The notes under the pieces were generated by a model, which saw only the letters and a program-made list of their open reading frames with translations, did not search any database and was not told where the DNA came from. A program made the translations under genes and the position numbers. DNA of 64,000 nt from contig CAXXGO010000001.1 of NCBI GenBank assembly GCA_963666835.2, positions 512,001 to 576,000 of the forward strand, given 5' to 3'. This DNA comes from Phycisphaerae bacterium (GTDB lineage: Bacteria; Planctomycetota; Phycisphaerae; UBA1845). Positions 50,010 through 62,741 of the stretch are shown in pieces (positions within the stretch are counted from its first letter, which is position 1; every line of letters begins with the position of its first letter).

Positions 50010-51188
50010 ATGTCAATGAAAATCGCATTGTTGTCCTGGGAATCGCTGCACTCTATTGCTGTCGGCGGGCTGGCACCGCACGTGTCGGAACTGGCGGCGG
50101 CCCTGCAGCGACGCGGACACGAAGTCCACGTATTCACGCGCATCGGGCCCAGGCAGCTTGGGTATGAGAACATCTTGGGTGTCCACTACCACCGATGCCC
50201 GTACCAGACACACGATGATTTCCTTACCGAGAACGAGCGGATGTGCAACAGCTTTGTCTGGCATCTGGCTGAGACCGAAGCCTTTCTGAACAGGCCGTTT
50301 GACGTCGTGCATGGACACGACTGGCTCAGTGTTCGAGCAGTGGCGCAGGCGAAGAACCGACACCATCGGCCGGTGGTTATGACCGTTCATGCCACAGAGT
50401 TCGGCCGGTGCGGAAACCGGCTGTTCGACGGCCCTTCCCGGCGAATCCGAGAGATCGAATGGGAGGGAATATACCTGGCGGACCGTGTGATCTGCGTCTC
50501 GGGCGTGTTGCGAAAGGAAATCCACCAGCTCTACAACGTACCGCTGGACAAGATGGATGTGGTTTACAACGGCGTCGACGTGGATCGCTTCGACAACCGG
50601 GTCAACGGCCAGGCCACTCGTCGCCGGTGTGAAGTGGGCGTCGACGATCCCACGATCCTTTTCGCCGGCCGTTTGACCTCACAGAAAGGCCCCGACCTGC
50701 TGCTGGATGCGCTGCCTAAGCTGCGCAAGCAACACCGGCGGGCCAGATTCCTGTTTGCCGGCGACGGAGACATGCGGGATGGACTTGAGCAGCGCGCCCG
50801 TAAACTCGGGGTTACTGCAGCCGTGCGGTTCCTTGGACATCAAACAGGCCGCGACCTTCTGGGCCTGTTCAAGACTGCGGATATGGTATGCGTTCCCAGT
50901 CGCAATGAACCCTTTGGCATTGTGATCCTCGAGGCCTGGAGCGCCCGCAAGCCGGTGGTGGCGACACGGAACGGCGGCCCGGCGGAATTCATCCGGAACG
51001 AAGACACCGGCGTGACCGTGGCCGCATATCATGCGTCAATCGGCGAAGGGGTCGATGTGGTCCTTTCGGATAGGACATACGGGCGCCGCCTCGGGCGCAA
51101 CGGTCGACGCGAGGCGGAGTCACGGTTCACTTGGGAAGTGATCGCAGGTCAGACCGAGGAGGTCTACCAGAGTGTTCTACAGCGCTAG
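50010..51188 (+). CDS. GT4 glycosyltransferase
   Basis: GGLAPHV, HGHDW, GRL..QKG, EPFGIVILEA. Confidence 0.92.
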   Translation: MSMKIALLSWESLHSIAVGGLAPHVSELAAALQRRGHEVHVFTRIGPRQLGYENILGVHYHRCPYQTHDDFLTENERMCNSFVWHLAETEAFLNRPFDVVHGHDWLSVRAVAQAKNRHHRPVVMTVHATEFGRCGNRLFDGPSRRIREIEWEGIYLADRVICVSGVLRKEIHQLYNVPLDKMDVVYNGVDVDRFDNRVNGQATRRRCEVGVDDPTILFAGRLTSQKGPDLLLDALPKLRKQHRRARFLFAGDGDMRDGLEQRARKLGVTAAVRFLGHQTGRDLLGLFKTADMVCVPSRNEPFGIVILEAWSARKPVVATRNGGPAEFIRNEDTGVTVAAYHASIGEGVDVVLSDRTYGRRLGRNGRREAESRFTWEVIAGQTEEVYQSVLQR

Positions 51189-51238
51189 ATCGGCTGATTA
51201 AGCGCTTCCAATGGAGTATTCGACAGGAGCAAAACGAC

Positions 51239-51430
51239 ATGACTGCACAAGCGAGGAAAACCACGCCGCGGAGCACCGAGAGGCGAACATCGAAGCCATC
51301 GTCAGTCTCCGAGATCTCGGATGAGCAGGTTCGAGTCCGGGCGTACGAGATCTATCTGGCCCGGGGTCCTCAATCAGGCGACCACACCTCCGACTGGCTT
51401 CAGGCTGAGCGTGAGCTGCGCCCCACGTGA
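51239..51430 (+). CDS. DUF2934 protein
   Basis: 'VRVRAYEIYLARG...DWLQAEREL'. Confidence 0.85.
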   Translation: MTAQARKTTPRSTERRTSKPSSVSEISDEQVRVRAYEIYLARGPQSGDHTSDWLQAERELRPT

Positions 51431-51521
51431 AACCTGCCGCCAGTGGGTGAGCGCTTGGGTTGCCGGATACTCTAACATGGTGCAAGGCTCACGAAAGGCC
51501 ATCAAAGCAGCATAAGAGGCA

Positions 51522-52505
51522 ATGCAGAGTATGTTAACTTGCTTCGCACGAATGCCGGATGGGTCGTTTGAGCACCACGACTCTCTCGACGCCGTTTGTA
51601 GACTTGCCACCGAGTGCGATTCCTCGTTATGGATCGACCTTGAGGCCCCCGACGGGGACCTTCTGCAGAGGGTTGGAGGTCTCTTCAATGTAACGCCTGA
51701 AGCACTGGAAGACTGTATCCACGGTGAGCAAATGCCGCGCATCGACGAATATGAGGATCACGTTCTTCTCATGCTGTACGGGTTCCCTGCGGGCATTGCA
51801 GAGGGACACTTTGAGCCCAAGAAGCTCGCCGTCTTCTGTGGATCGCGTTTCCTCCTGTCAGTGCACCAGGACCGCCTCCAGACAATCGAGGATGTCCGCA
51901 CGCGCTGCAACCGCCACCCGCAGCAGTGGTTCGGCCGGGGCGTCGATCTCCTACTGTACAGCGTTGTTGATGGTATGGCCGACAGATACGCCATGCTCGT
52001 TGAGGAGCTCGAAACGCGTCTCGATCAACTGGAGGACCGATCGTTCACGTCCGCTCTCGCTGACAACTTTCTCACCGAGCTTTCGCAGCTTCGCCGAGAT
52101 CTCCTGGAGGTGCGCCATATCGCTGCATCCCAGCGCGACGTTGTTGCTCCAATAGCCAAGGGTGAATGTGATTACGTCAACACTGACCTCGAAACACGTT
52201 TCTCGCACGTGCGCGACCACTTGACTCAAGTGGTCGAGCATATCGAGCTGCTGCGAGAGTTGCTCAATGGGGCGCGCGACAACTATCACGCTCTTATTGC
52301 GGATCGTCTGGCGGATACCGTCAAGACGCTTACCGTCTTCGCCTCGGTCATCCTGCCCGTGTCCTTGGTGGCAGGGATATATGGCATGAATCTGCCGAGC
52401 TGGCCACCGTCCGGTGAGGCGTGGAGTTTCTGGGTAGTGCTCGGTGCCATGGGCGGAATCGCCGCAGCGTTGTTGGCGTACTTCCGCTCGCGTCGGTGGA
52501 TCTGA
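51522..52505 (+). CDS. corA: CorA-family Mg/Co transporter
   Basis: WIDL, LED, 'AGIYGMN' and two C-terminal TM segments. Confidence 0.92.
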   Translation: MQSMLTCFARMPDGSFEHHDSLDAVCRLATECDSSLWIDLEAPDGDLLQRVGGLFNVTPEALEDCIHGEQMPRIDEYEDHVLLMLYGFPAGIAEGHFEPKKLAVFCGSRFLLSVHQDRLQTIEDVRTRCNRHPQQWFGRGVDLLLYSVVDGMADRYAMLVEELETRLDQLEDRSFTSALADNFLTELSQLRRDLLEVRHIAASQRDVVAPIAKGECDYVNTDLETRFSHVRDHLTQVVEHIELLRELLNGARDNYHALIADRLADTVKTLTVFASVILPVSLVAGIYGMNLPSWPPSGEAWSFWVVLGAMGGIAAALLAYFRSRRWI

Positions 52506-52548
52506 ATCAGAATAAAAGAGAAAGGCAAGATCGCCTCCCCCGGAAAGA

Positions 52549-53478
52549 GTGAATGCGATGGACAGTCTCAAGAACATTGTGGTTGGAGTCGATTTCTCGG
52601 CCGGATCGCGTGCCGCCCTCGCGCAAGCAGTACGCATGGCTCATTGGAACCAGGCGACACTTCACGTCGTTCACGTGATCGACGAGGACCTTGTTACGCG
52701 TGTGCAGGAGACAATGGATTCTCTGAAGATCCCTAGCCATCAACGACAGACGACAAATGACGTGTGCGAAGCCGCGCAGCGCAGTCTCGAGGATCTGGTG
52801 GCTGGGTCCGAGGCACAGGATATTTCTCTGAAACACGATGCGATACTGGGCAATCCCTTTCGAGAGATCCTGCGGCGAGTAAACGATGTAACGGCCGACG
52901 TGCTCTTGCTGGGGGCGAAGGGCCAGTCCGGCCCCGGTCCGGGCGCAGGCGTCCTCGCAGCTAAGTGCGTGCGCAAGGCGGCCAGTAAGGTCCTGCTGGT
53001 TCCGGAGGGCCTGCAGGAGCCCTTCAAGACTATCGTTGCGTGCGTCGACTTCTCGACCATGTCGCAGCTGGTTGTGGATCAAGCCGTCCGCTTGGCTCAG
53101 CAGGACCGCGCGGCGCTCCACATCCTTCACGTGTTCTCAAAGCCGTGGGAGGCGTGGCACTATCTTGAACTATCATCGTATGACTCAGACATACACGAGC
53201 GGGCCCTTCGGAATCGGCTGGAGGACGTTTTGAGGACCTCTGACGTCGAAACGGGCGAACTTAAGATCGACTTGCACGCGCTCGAGCACAGTCGAGATGC
53301 ATCAGGAATCATCCAGTTCGCCCGCCAACATCAAGCGGACTTGGTGGTTGTGGGCACCCACGGAAGAACCGGCTTGCGGGCCTTTCTGATGGGAACGGTG
53401 GCGGAGCGAATTGTCCGTGACGCCCCGTGCGGCGTCCTGGCCATAAAACCCGACGACTTCGAGTACAGCGTTGACTAA
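52549..53478 (+). CDS. Tandem-domain universal stress protein
   Basis: Two 'VDFS' domains; DLVVVGTHGR...GTVAE. Confidence 0.92.
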   Translation: MNAMDSLKNIVVGVDFSAGSRAALAQAVRMAHWNQATLHVVHVIDEDLVTRVQETMDSLKIPSHQRQTTNDVCEAAQRSLEDLVAGSEAQDISLKHDAILGNPFREILRRVNDVTADVLLLGAKGQSGPGPGAGVLAAKCVRKAASKVLLVPEGLQEPFKTIVACVDFSTMSQLVVDQAVRLAQQDRAALHILHVFSKPWEAWHYLELSSYDSDIHERALRNRLEDVLRTSDVETGELKIDLHALEHSRDASGIIQFARQHQADLVVVGTHGRTGLRAFLMGTVAERIVRDAPCGVLAIKPDDFEYSVD

Positions 53479-53675
53479 CGGGATCGCCATGCTGAGTTCG
53501 GCTGATCTATCGGCGACCGACCGACTGGCGAGAGTCTCCATGCTTGAGCAGAGGCGCATCCGTTCGCCTCTGCGGTGGTTCCGCGGGCAACGGGCGCGCG
53601 GTTCATGCCCCGCCGGAGGCACGGCCCGTTTGCCTGTTTACCCTGGCCAATACGATCGTAGAAAGCGTACGTGCC

Positions 53676-53990
53676 ATGAACCTTGAGATCGTTACGTCTA
53701 ATGGGCGAGTAAACGAGGATTTCCGCCAATACGTTGAGCAACGACTCCACAATGGGCTTCTACGGTTTGAGAATCGCATTGTTAAAACCACGGTTTCGTT
53801 CTTAGACCTGAGCGGCCCGTACGGGGCGGAGCAGCAGTGTCGCCTCGCGCTTAGCTTGGCGTCCGGCGGTGAAGTAGGCGTTGAGAGAAGAGCTGTAAGT
53901 GCAAGACTTGCCCTTGGCCGTGCTGTCGAAACGACTTGCCGCGAGCTACGGCGCCTGCTTGAGGCCAGGGGAAGCCGGAATGGCGCGTAG
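53676..53990 (+). CDS. HPF/RaiA-like ribosome-associated protein
   Basis: 'YVEQRL...L.RF..RI..TTV.F.DLSGP.G...C'. Confidence 0.65.
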   Translation: MNLEIVTSNGRVNEDFRQYVEQRLHNGLLRFENRIVKTTVSFLDLSGPYGAEQQCRLALSLASGGEVGVERRAVSARLALGRAVETTCRELRRLLEARGSRNGA

Positions 53991-54265
53991 CATGAGCTCG
54001 CCGAGCGGGAGATTGATTGGTGCCCAACAAAACGGCGGATGCGCAATGAGCGATCATGGGGCTATCACGCGGCAGGGCATGGACTGACGATGAGGCCATT
54101 AGGTTCACGAGCGATGGCCAGCTTGAGGCTCGATAGCAGAAGCACTGATTCGGCCTCGCGGCTGAGGTCGTGCAGAGTGACGATAGCCACCGCCCATCAG
54201 GAGATGGGCGTGTAGCTCGCATTCAACGCACTCAGTGCGTGCTTGTACGACATTAGGGTGGTGAA

Positions 54266-54727
54266 ATGGAAAAGAAACGATCTGGGGCGTCACATTTGCT
54301 AAGCGTCGGCGACAAGGCGCCTGCTTTCTCCCTCAGGGATCAGAACGGTAATCTGGTCACCCTGGAGGAGTTCAAAGCGAAGAGGAATGTCGTTCTTGTC
54401 TTCTATCCCGGCGACAACACGCCGGGATGCACCAAGCAGCTTTGCGCGATCCGTGATCAGTTCGAGCTTTTTGACGAGAACGACACGGTCGTTTTCGGAA
54501 TCAATCCACAAGACCCTGCGTCGCACAAGGAGTTCATCAGCAAACGCAGCCTCCCGTTTCCTCTGCTCGTGGACGGTGACAAGAAGGTCATTGCGGCCTA
54601 CGGCTGCAGGGGACTGCTGATGACGAAGAGGACTGTCTACGGCATCAATATGGAAGGTACTATTGTCTTTTCCCGCCGTGGAACGCCTGCTAACGAAGAG
54701 ATACTCAGTGCGCTCAAGGAGAGATGA
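54266..54727 (+). CDS. bcp: Peroxiredoxin (BCP/PrxQ type)
   Basis: 'FYPGDNTPGCTKQLC'. Confidence 0.88.
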   Translation: MEKKRSGASHLLSVGDKAPAFSLRDQNGNLVTLEEFKAKRNVVLVFYPGDNTPGCTKQLCAIRDQFELFDENDTVVFGINPQDPASHKEFISKRSLPFPLLVDGDKKVIAAYGCRGLLMTKRTVYGINMEGTIVFSRRGTPANEEILSALKER

Positions 54728-54818
54728 GCTAGTGCGACAGTGTGCTCCTCGTGAGCGAGACAGGTGGATCTCTCCGGATGAGCCGCAGTCTGCGGATTTG
54801 CGTCGAAGCATGGGGTGA

Positions 54819-56312
<1,494 letters not shown>

Positions 56313-56412
56313 TTTGTGGTGTGGGAGTGCGGTGGACACACCATAAAGTCCAGCGCCTTGTTGGGGCGCCGGATTGAAGAAACAACTGCCGCACAAGTAA
56401 AGGAGATTGAAG

Positions 56413-56601
56413 ATGCCTAACAGAGATGGCACAGGACCAGCAGGCAAAGGGGCAAAAAGCGGAAAGCAAGAGGGCGAATGCTCAGGAGCAAAGCCAAAAT
56501 GTAAACCAAAGGATGGGACAGGCGAAGAGACAGGCGAAGGGAAAGGCCAAGGGAAAGGACAAGGGAAAGGACAAGGGAAAGGACGGGGGCGGAAACGGTA
56601 G
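56413..56601 (+). CDS. Small Gly/Lys-rich protein (DUF5320-like)
   Basis: 'MPNRDGTGPAGKG...GEC'; RBS AAGGAG. Confidence 0.6.
   Translation: MPNRDGTGPAGKGAKSGKQEGECSGAKPKCKPKDGTGEETGEGKGQGKGQGKGQGKGRGRKR
56537..56584 (+). repeat. 4x 12-bp tandem repeat AAGGGAAAGG(A/C)C encoding GKGQ repeats
   Basis: Direct reading. Confidence 0.85.
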
Positions 56602-56651
56602 AACACAGCCCTCAACATGATCGCCATGGGCGGGGGATTCTTCCTCCGCCC

Positions 56652-57059
56652 ATGCCGCCGCCGACACTCATGAATCTTAAGATTCTATTGCCGTTCCGGA
56701 TCTTTGCCGAGAAGACCGGTGTTACCCGCATCGTTGCGGAGACCCGCGAGGGCTCGTTCGGGCTTCTGCCACATCGGCTCGACTGCGTGGCCGCGCTTGC
56801 GCCCGGCATTCTGATCTACGAAAACGCAGCCGAAGGCGAGGTTTACATCGCCGTGGATGAAGGGGTGTTGATCAAGACCGGCCCGGACGTGTTCGTCTCC
56901 GTGCGGAACGCCATAGCCGGAACGGATCTCCACCAACTGCGTGGGGCGGTGGAGCGGGAGTTTCTAAACCAGGACGAACGTGAACAGGGCGTGCGCTCGG
57001 TCCTGGCGAAAATGGAGAGCGGTTTCATCCGCCGTATGGTGAATCTTCACAATGGCTGA
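56652..57059 (+). CDS. atpC: N-ATPase epsilon subunit
   Basis: 'GSFGLLPHRLD...L.PG'; operon position. Confidence 0.9.
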   Translation: MPPPTLMNLKILLPFRIFAEKTGVTRIVAETREGSFGLLPHRLDCVAALAPGILIYENAAEGEVYIAVDEGVLIKTGPDVFVSVRNAIAGTDLHQLRGAVEREFLNQDEREQGVRSVLAKMESGFIRRMVNLHNG

Positions 57060-57390
57060 CGAATCCCAGAATAGGCCCTTGAAGCCAAAGCCGCCGCTCA
57101 GTCAGGAGGTCGGTTCGAAGGCGGCGCGCAAGCTTCGCGCCCGGCGGCATGTCACACGCACGGTCTGGTTCGGCCTGGGCATGATGGGGCTGATCGGCTG
57201 GTCGGTCGCGATCCCGACGGTGCTCGGCGCGGCGCTTGGTCTGTGGCTGGACAGTCGCCATCAAGGAAGTCATTCCTGGACGCTGATGCTGCTGGTCATC
57301 GGCCTGATCATCGGCTGTTTGAATGCCTGGCATTGGGTGGCCAAGGAAGACAAGGCCATGCGGGAGGAACAGGAGGACGGCGATGAATGA
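57052..57390 (+). CDS. atpQ: N-ATPase accessory subunit AtpQ (AtpZ/AtpI-like)
   Basis: 'GLIGWSVAIPT..G..LG.WLD'. Confidence 0.85.
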   Translation: MADESQNRPLKPKPPLSQEVGSKAARKLRARRHVTRTVWFGLGMMGLIGWSVAIPTVLGAALGLWLDSRHQGSHSWTLMLLVIGLIIGCLNAWHWVAKEDKAMREEQEDGDE

Positions 57391-57697
57391 GACTGTGATT
57401 CTGGTGCTCGCGGGGAGCGCGGGTGTCTTGCTCGGCGTGTTTTTCTTCGGCGGTCTTTGGTGGACAGTGCGAAGGGGCCTTTCGTCGAAACGGCCGGCGT
57501 CTTTGTTTCTCGGCAGCCTCCTGCTGCGAACGAGCATCATTCTGGGCGGATTCTACGTTGTCTCCGGCGGTCATTGGGACCGGCTGCTGGCGTGTCTCCT
57601 CGGATTCGTCATCGCCCGTTTCCTCGTGACGCGGCTCACTGGCCCGCCGGTCGAACACCACAACTCCCGAGCGAAAGAGGCCGGTCATGCACCTTAG
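57383..57697 (+). CDS. atpR: N-ATPase subunit AtpR
   Basis: 'FFGGLWWTV...SLLLR...LLGF..AR'. Confidence 0.85.
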   Translation: MNETVILVLAGSAGVLLGVFFFGGLWWTVRRGLSSKRPASLFLGSLLLRTSIILGGFYVVSGGHWDRLLACLLGFVIARFLVTRLTGPPVEHHNSRAKEAGHAP

Positions 57698-58382
57698 TCC
57701 CGACGAGATCATCTTCTGGCAACACGGTTACTTCAAGCTCAACGCCACGATCCTATTCACTTGGGGGCTGATGCTCGTGCTGGCCGTCGGTTCTAAACTC
57801 ATCACGCGCAGACTTTCCATCGGCCTGCAACGTTCCCGCTGGCAGAACCTTCTGGAAATCGTCGTCACCGGCATCGAGCAACAGATTGAAGAGATAGGTC
57901 TGAGTCGGCCGCGGAAGTACCTCGGCTTTCTGGGCACGCTCTTTTTGTTTCTCGCCGCAGCCAGCCTCTGCACCGTCATTCCCGGGTACGAGCCGCCGAC
58001 CGGCTCTCTCTCGACCACGGCGGCACTCGCGCTGTGCGTGTTTGTGGCCGTGCCGTTCTTCGGTATCGAGGAGCAAGGGCTGGGCAACTACCTCAAGTCC
58101 TATGTGAAACCGACGTTCATCATGCTGCCTTTTAACATCGTCAGCGAACTTTCCCGCACGCTGGCCCTGGCCGTCCGTTTGTTCGGCAACATGATGAGCG
58201 GGGCAATGATCATCGGTATCCTGCTCACTATTACGCCCTTCATCTTCCCGATCATCATGACGGCCCTCGGTCTGCTCACCGGCATGGTGCAGGCCTACAT
58301 CTTCAGCATCCTGGCAGCGGTTTACATCGCAGCCGCCACGCGCGTCCGCAACCCTGAACCCCAAGGAGAGCCCGACCATTGA
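57687..58382 (+). CDS. atpB: N-ATPase subunit a
   Basis: 'LAVRLFGNM', 'QAYIF..L'. Confidence 0.94.
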   Translation: MHLSPDEIIFWQHGYFKLNATILFTWGLMLVLAVGSKLITRRLSIGLQRSRWQNLLEIVVTGIEQQIEEIGLSRPRKYLGFLGTLFLFLAAASLCTVIPGYEPPTGSLSTTAALALCVFVAVPFFGIEEQGLGNYLKSYVKPTFIMLPFNIVSELSRTLALAVRLFGNMMSGAMIIGILLTITPFIFPIIMTALGLLTGMVQAYIFSILAAVYIAAATRVRNPEPQGEPDH

Positions 58383-58416
58383 AACAACAAAGCAAACAGC
58401 TAAAGGAGATAGTACT

Positions 58417-58698
58417 ATGGATGACGTGACAATCATCGGTGCGGCATCGATTGTTATCGCCGGCATCACCACCGGTTTCGGTACCATGGGGCCGGCACTG
58501 GGCGAAGGGCGCGCGGTCTCGAGTGCGCTGAGTTCACTGGCTCAGCAGCCTGATGCCTCCGCTACCATTACCCGGACCTTGTTCGTAGGGCTGGCGATGA
58601 TCGAGTCCACGGCCATCTACTGTTTCGTGGTCTCGATGATTCTGATCTTCGCCAACCCGTTCTGGAACCACGTCATCGCCCAGGCCGGGGGTAAGTAA
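58417..58698 (+). CDS. atpE: N-ATPase subunit c
   Basis: 'PALGEG', 'QQP', 'ESTAIY'. Confidence 0.95.
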   Translation: MDDVTIIGAASIVIAGITTGFGTMGPALGEGRAVSSALSSLAQQPDASATITRTLFVGLAMIESTAIYCFVVSMILIFANPFWNHVIAQAGGK

Positions 58699-58701
58699 GC
58701 C

Positions 58702-59526
58702 ATGCTCATCGACTGGTTCACAGTCAGTGCCCAGTTGGTCAACTTCCTGATCCTGGTGTGGCTGCTGAAGCGCCTTCTCTACAAGCCCATCCTCCACGCC
58801 ATCGATGAGCGGGAGAGGCGTATCGCCCAGGAACTCGCGGACGCCGACACGAAGAGAACCGAAGCCGAAAAGGAGCGCGAAAGGTTCCAGAAGAAGAACG
58901 ACGAGTTCGACAAGCAGCGCGAGGAGCTCCTGAGCAAAGCGAAGGGCGAGGCAAGATCCGAAAGTCATCGCCTCCTCGAGGAATCGCGGCTGGCGGCGAA
59001 CGCCCTGCGTGCCAAAAAAGAGGACGCGTTGAAACGCGAACAGCAGAGCCTCAACGACGAAATCACCCGCCGGACCCGGGAGGAAGTTTTTGCCATCGCG
59101 CGAAAGACGCTGACGGATCTCGCCGGAACAAGTCTGGAAGAACGCATGAGCGAGGTGTTCACGCGCCGCTTGCGAGGGCTGAACGATGAGGCGAAGGAAG
59201 GCCTCGCCCGAGCCCTGCAAACATCGACCGACCCGGTGCTCGTGCGCAGCGCCTTCGAGCTGCCGGCGGAGCAACGAGTCGCGATACAACGTGCACTCAG
59301 CGAAACCTTCTCGGCGGAAATGCAAGTCCGTTTCGAGGCTGCGCCAGGCGTGATCAGCGGCATCGAACTCACCGCGAACGGGCGAAAGGTGGCGTGGAGC
59401 ATCACGGAGTATCTCGCATCACTGGAAAAGAGCATCGGCGAGCTGCTGAAGGAGAAGGACAAGCCCAAAGCCGAGCCTAAACCAAAGTCCGGGGCTGGAC
59501 CTGTTGCTCGCGAGGAGGCCAAATGA
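58702..59526 (+). CDS. atpF: N-ATPase subunit b (b-delta-like fusion)
   Basis: '[17 protein letters not shown]', coiled coil, C-terminal 'ISGIEL'. Confidence 0.92.
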   Translation: MLIDWFTVSAQLVNFLILVWLLKRLLYKPILHAIDERERRIAQELADADTKRTEAEKERERFQKKNDEFDKQREELLSKAKGEARSESHRLLEESRLAANALRAKKEDALKREQQSLNDEITRRTREEVFAIARKTLTDLAGTSLEERMSEVFTRRLRGLNDEAKEGLARALQTSTDPVLVRSAFELPAEQRVAIQRALSETFSAEMQVRFEAAPGVISGIELTANGRKVAWSITEYLASLEKSIGELLKEKDKPKAEPKPKSGAGPVAREEAK

Positions 59527-61157
59527 GCGCGCCGCCCGATTCTTTGCAGAGTGTCTTCGACCGCGCGTTCGCGGGCCTAAGCCAGGGGCGCGAAACCTTC
59601 ACGCCGCAACTGACGTCCCGGGAGGTGGGCACGGTCACCAGCGTCGCCACCGGCATTGCCAAGGTGTCGGGCCTCCCCGGCGTGGGCTTTGATGAACTGG
59701 TGAGGTTTCCCGGCGATGTGCTCGGCATTGCGTTCAACGTAGACACGAACGAAATCGGCGTCGTTCTGCTCGGCGAATACTGGCATCTCCATGCGGGAGA
59801 TGAAGTTCAGCGTACGGGCCGGGTCATGGACGTGGCCGTGGGCGATGGACTGCTGGGCCGCGTCATCGACCCGCTCGGTCGGCCACTCGATGGCGCGGGC
59901 CCGGTCGCCGCCAGCGAGCGCCTGCCCGTCGAACGCCCCGCCGCGCCCATCATGGACCGTGCGCCCGTCACCGTGCCGCTCCAGACCGGGATCAAAGTCA
60001 TTGACGCGCTCATTCCCATCGGACGCGGCCAGCGTGAGCTGATTCTCGGTGACCGCCAGACGGGCAAAACTGCCATTGCGATCGACACCATCCTTAACCA
60101 GCGTGGCAAGGATGTTCAGTGTGTGTATTGCGCCATTGGCCAGCGGGCGTCCGCCATCGCGAAGGCCGTGGCCACCTTCCGGGAAAAGGATGCGATGGAT
60201 TACACCGTGGTCGTTGTCACCGAGGGCAACGACCCGCCGGGCCTTGCCTACATCGCCCCTTATGCCGCGACCAGCATCGCGGAGTCTTTCATGGAAGCGG
60301 GCAGAGATGTGCTGATCGTTTATGATGACCTCACCCATCACGCCCGTGCCTACCGCGAACTCTCTCTCTTGTTGCGCCGTCCGCCCGGTCGCGAAGCGTT
60401 TCCCGGCGACATCTTCTATATTCACTCGCGGCTGCTCGAACGTGCGACGCACTTGCGCAAGGAACTCGGTGGCGGCTCCCTCACCGCGCTGCCCATCATC
60501 CAAACCGAAGCGCAGGACATTTCCGCCTACATACCGACGAACTTGATTTCCATCACCGATGGGCAGATCTACCTCTCGCCGTCGCTGTTCGAATTGGGCG
60601 TGCTGCCCGCGGTCGATGTCGGGAAATCCGTTTCGCGCGTTGGCGGCAAGGCGCAGCGGGCGGCCTACCGCGCGGTGGCCGGAGACCTCAAGCTGGCCTA
60701 CGCGCAGTTTGAGGAGCTCGAAACCTTTTCCCGGTTCGGCGCACGCCTGGATGAAGACACTCGCAAGATCATTGAGCACGGAAGGCGAATTCGCGCCTGC
60801 CTCAAACAGCCGGAATTCGCTCCGGTGTCGGTGCCCGGGCAAATCGCCGTGCTGCTGACGTTGACCGCAGAACTCTTCGACGCCGTGCCGCTTGACCAGA
60901 TGACGGACGCCGAGCACGCCGTGCGCGAGGTAGCGGCGACTATCCCGGCGAAGGTGCGCGAACGATTGGATACCGCCGAAGAATTGAGCGATGAGGATCG
61001 TGAGACGATTATCCAAATCGCCCGCAAATCGCTCGCAGAGTTCCGGCCCAAGGAGGGATCGAAAAACGAGCCTGAACATATGGCCAAGGAGCAACCGAAA
61101 TCCGAATCCAAGGCTAAACCAAAGACGGAGCCCGCGCATGAATCTGGGTCTGAATGA
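59523..61157 (+). CDS. atpA: N-ATPase alpha subunit
   Basis: [26 protein letters not shown]. Confidence 0.96.
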   Translation: MSAPPDSLQSVFDRAFAGLSQGRETFTPQLTSREVGTVTSVATGIAKVSGLPGVGFDELVRFPGDVLGIAFNVDTNEIGVVLLGEYWHLHAGDEVQRTGRVMDVAVGDGLLGRVIDPLGRPLDGAGPVAASERLPVERPAAPIMDRAPVTVPLQTGIKVIDALIPIGRGQRELILGDRQTGKTAIAIDTILNQRGKDVQCVYCAIGQRASAIAKAVATFREKDAMDYTVVVVTEGNDPPGLAYIAPYAATSIAESFMEAGRDVLIVYDDLTHHARAYRELSLLLRRPPGREAFPGDIFYIHSRLLERATHLRKELGGGSLTALPIIQTEAQDISAYIPTNLISITDGQIYLSPSLFELGVLPAVDVGKSVSRVGGKAQRAAYRAVAGDLKLAYAQFEELETFSRFGARLDEDTRKIIEHGRRIRACLKQPEFAPVSVPGQIAVLLTLTAELFDAVPLDQMTDAEHAVREVAATIPAKVRERLDTAEELSDEDRETIIQIARKSLAEFRPKEGSKNEPEHMAKEQPKSESKAKPKTEPAHESGSE

Positions 61158-61424
61158 ACCACGAAACAGGAGGCAAAAGGTGACACGAAACGTCACTACT
61201 CCACTCTGCTCTGCCGATCGAGCTCGACGGCCGAATTGCGGGTCAGTTGGACGGCTTGATGGGGTGGATTGAAGCTGCTGATCTGAAAAACCCACAGGTC
61301 GACGATTGCTCGACGATCTGGGCGGGCGGACCCTGGTCATTCCAGCCGAGCAGATGCCGGTGCGGGCGGGACTGACCACTGTTTATCGCTATTGAACCAA
61401 TCGCATTTACAAAAGGAAAACACC

Positions 61425-61802
61425 ATGCAGATCCAAATAAACACCGGTCACAACATCGAAGTTCACGAGACGCTCGCCGCTGAGATCAGTGGCGTAGTGG
61501 AAGGTGCCCTGGGTCGATTCGCCGATCACATCACACGAGTGGAGGTCCACCTGAGCGACGAAAACAGTGACAAAAAGTGCGGCCATGACGCCATGCGTTG
61601 CATGATGGAAGCCCGTCTCGAAGGCCGCCAGCCCATCGCGGTCACGCACCAGGCCGCGACCTTGGACCAAGCCGTCGACGACGCTGCAGGTAAGTTGACC
61701 AGATTGATTGAACACTCCCTCGGGCGGCTGCGCGAGCAGCAGAGTCACCGGACAGACCCTGACCCATCCCCACCTGAACCGGAACTCGAGGAGGAGCCAT
61801 GA
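61425..61802 (+). CDS. HPF/RaiA-like ribosome-associated protein
   Basis: 'MQIQINT...ITRVEVHLSDEN...C.MEAR..G.QP.AVTH'. Confidence 0.8.
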   Translation: MQIQINTGHNIEVHETLAAEISGVVEGALGRFADHITRVEVHLSDENSDKKCGHDAMRCMMEARLEGRQPIAVTHQAATLDQAVDDAAGKLTRLIEHSLGRLREQQSHRTDPDPSPPEPELEEEP

Positions 61803-62692
61803 GCGACACCACAGCAGGTCTGCGCCGAAAGATCAGTAGCGCCGGAGATCTCCAATCCGTCGTCCGCACCATGAAGGCCCTGGCCGCTTCGAGTATCGGC
61901 CAATACGAGCAATCGGTGCGTGCGTTGGGTGACTACTATCGCAACGTGGAGCTGGGGTTGGGTGTCTGCTTCCGGGGCACCGGTTCAGAGGCGTTGATGA
62001 CTGGAGGGGCAAGTCAAACCGATGCAACTGCGATTGGTGCGGTCGTGTTTGGCTCCGACCAGGGATTGGTGGGCCAGTTTAATGATGTCGTGGCCGATCA
62101 TGCGGTCAAGACACTGGCGGCTCTGGCAGCTAAACCCGAGGTCTGGGCCGTCGGTGAGCGCGTTCATGCGCGCCTGGCGGACGCGGGCCTCCCGATGATA
62201 GGGCTCTTCACCGTTCCGAATTCCGTCAAGGCCATCACTCCGCTCGTCGGGCAGATTCTCGTGGACAGCGAGACGCGCCACAGCCAGGGTGAAGTCACCG
62301 AACTGCACCTCTTCTACAACCGCCCCACGTCCGGGGCGGTGTATGCGCCCGTCAGTCAGCGACTGCTGCCGTTGGACGACACCTGGCGACGCAAGCTGGC
62401 CGAACTTCCCTGGCCGACGGCGAACTTGCCCGAGGTCATGGGTGGCGGCACCGCGACCTTGCGGGCGCTTATCCGCGAATATCTTTTCGTCTCGCTCTTC
62501 CGGGCGTGCGCCGAATCCCTGGCGAGCGAGAACGCGAGCCGCCTGGCGGCAATGCAACGCGCCGAGAAAAACATCGACGAATTGGTGGAGGACCTCAACG
62601 GGACATTCCATCGTTTGCGGCAGAGTGGCATCGACGAAGAGCTGTTCGACGTCATCTCCGGTTTCGAAGCGCTGAGCGAAGAGGAGAAGTGA
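61799..62692 (+). CDS. atpG: N-ATPase gamma subunit
   Basis: VVRTMKALAA, GSDQGLVG, SENASRLAAMQ, RQ..IDEEL. Confidence 0.94.
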   Translation: MSDTTAGLRRKISSAGDLQSVVRTMKALAASSIGQYEQSVRALGDYYRNVELGLGVCFRGTGSEALMTGGASQTDATAIGAVVFGSDQGLVGQFNDVVADHAVKTLAALAAKPEVWAVGERVHARLADAGLPMIGLFTVPNSVKAITPLVGQILVDSETRHSQGEVTELHLFYNRPTSGAVYAPVSQRLLPLDDTWRRKLAELPWPTANLPEVMGGGTATLRALIREYLFVSLFRACAESLASENASRLAAMQRAEKNIDELVEDLNGTFHRLRQSGIDEELFDVISGFEALSEEEK

Positions 62693-62741
62693 TGCGCGTT
62701 GGCATGGCTGCGGCCCTGAACCCATGGTATAGGACAGCACG

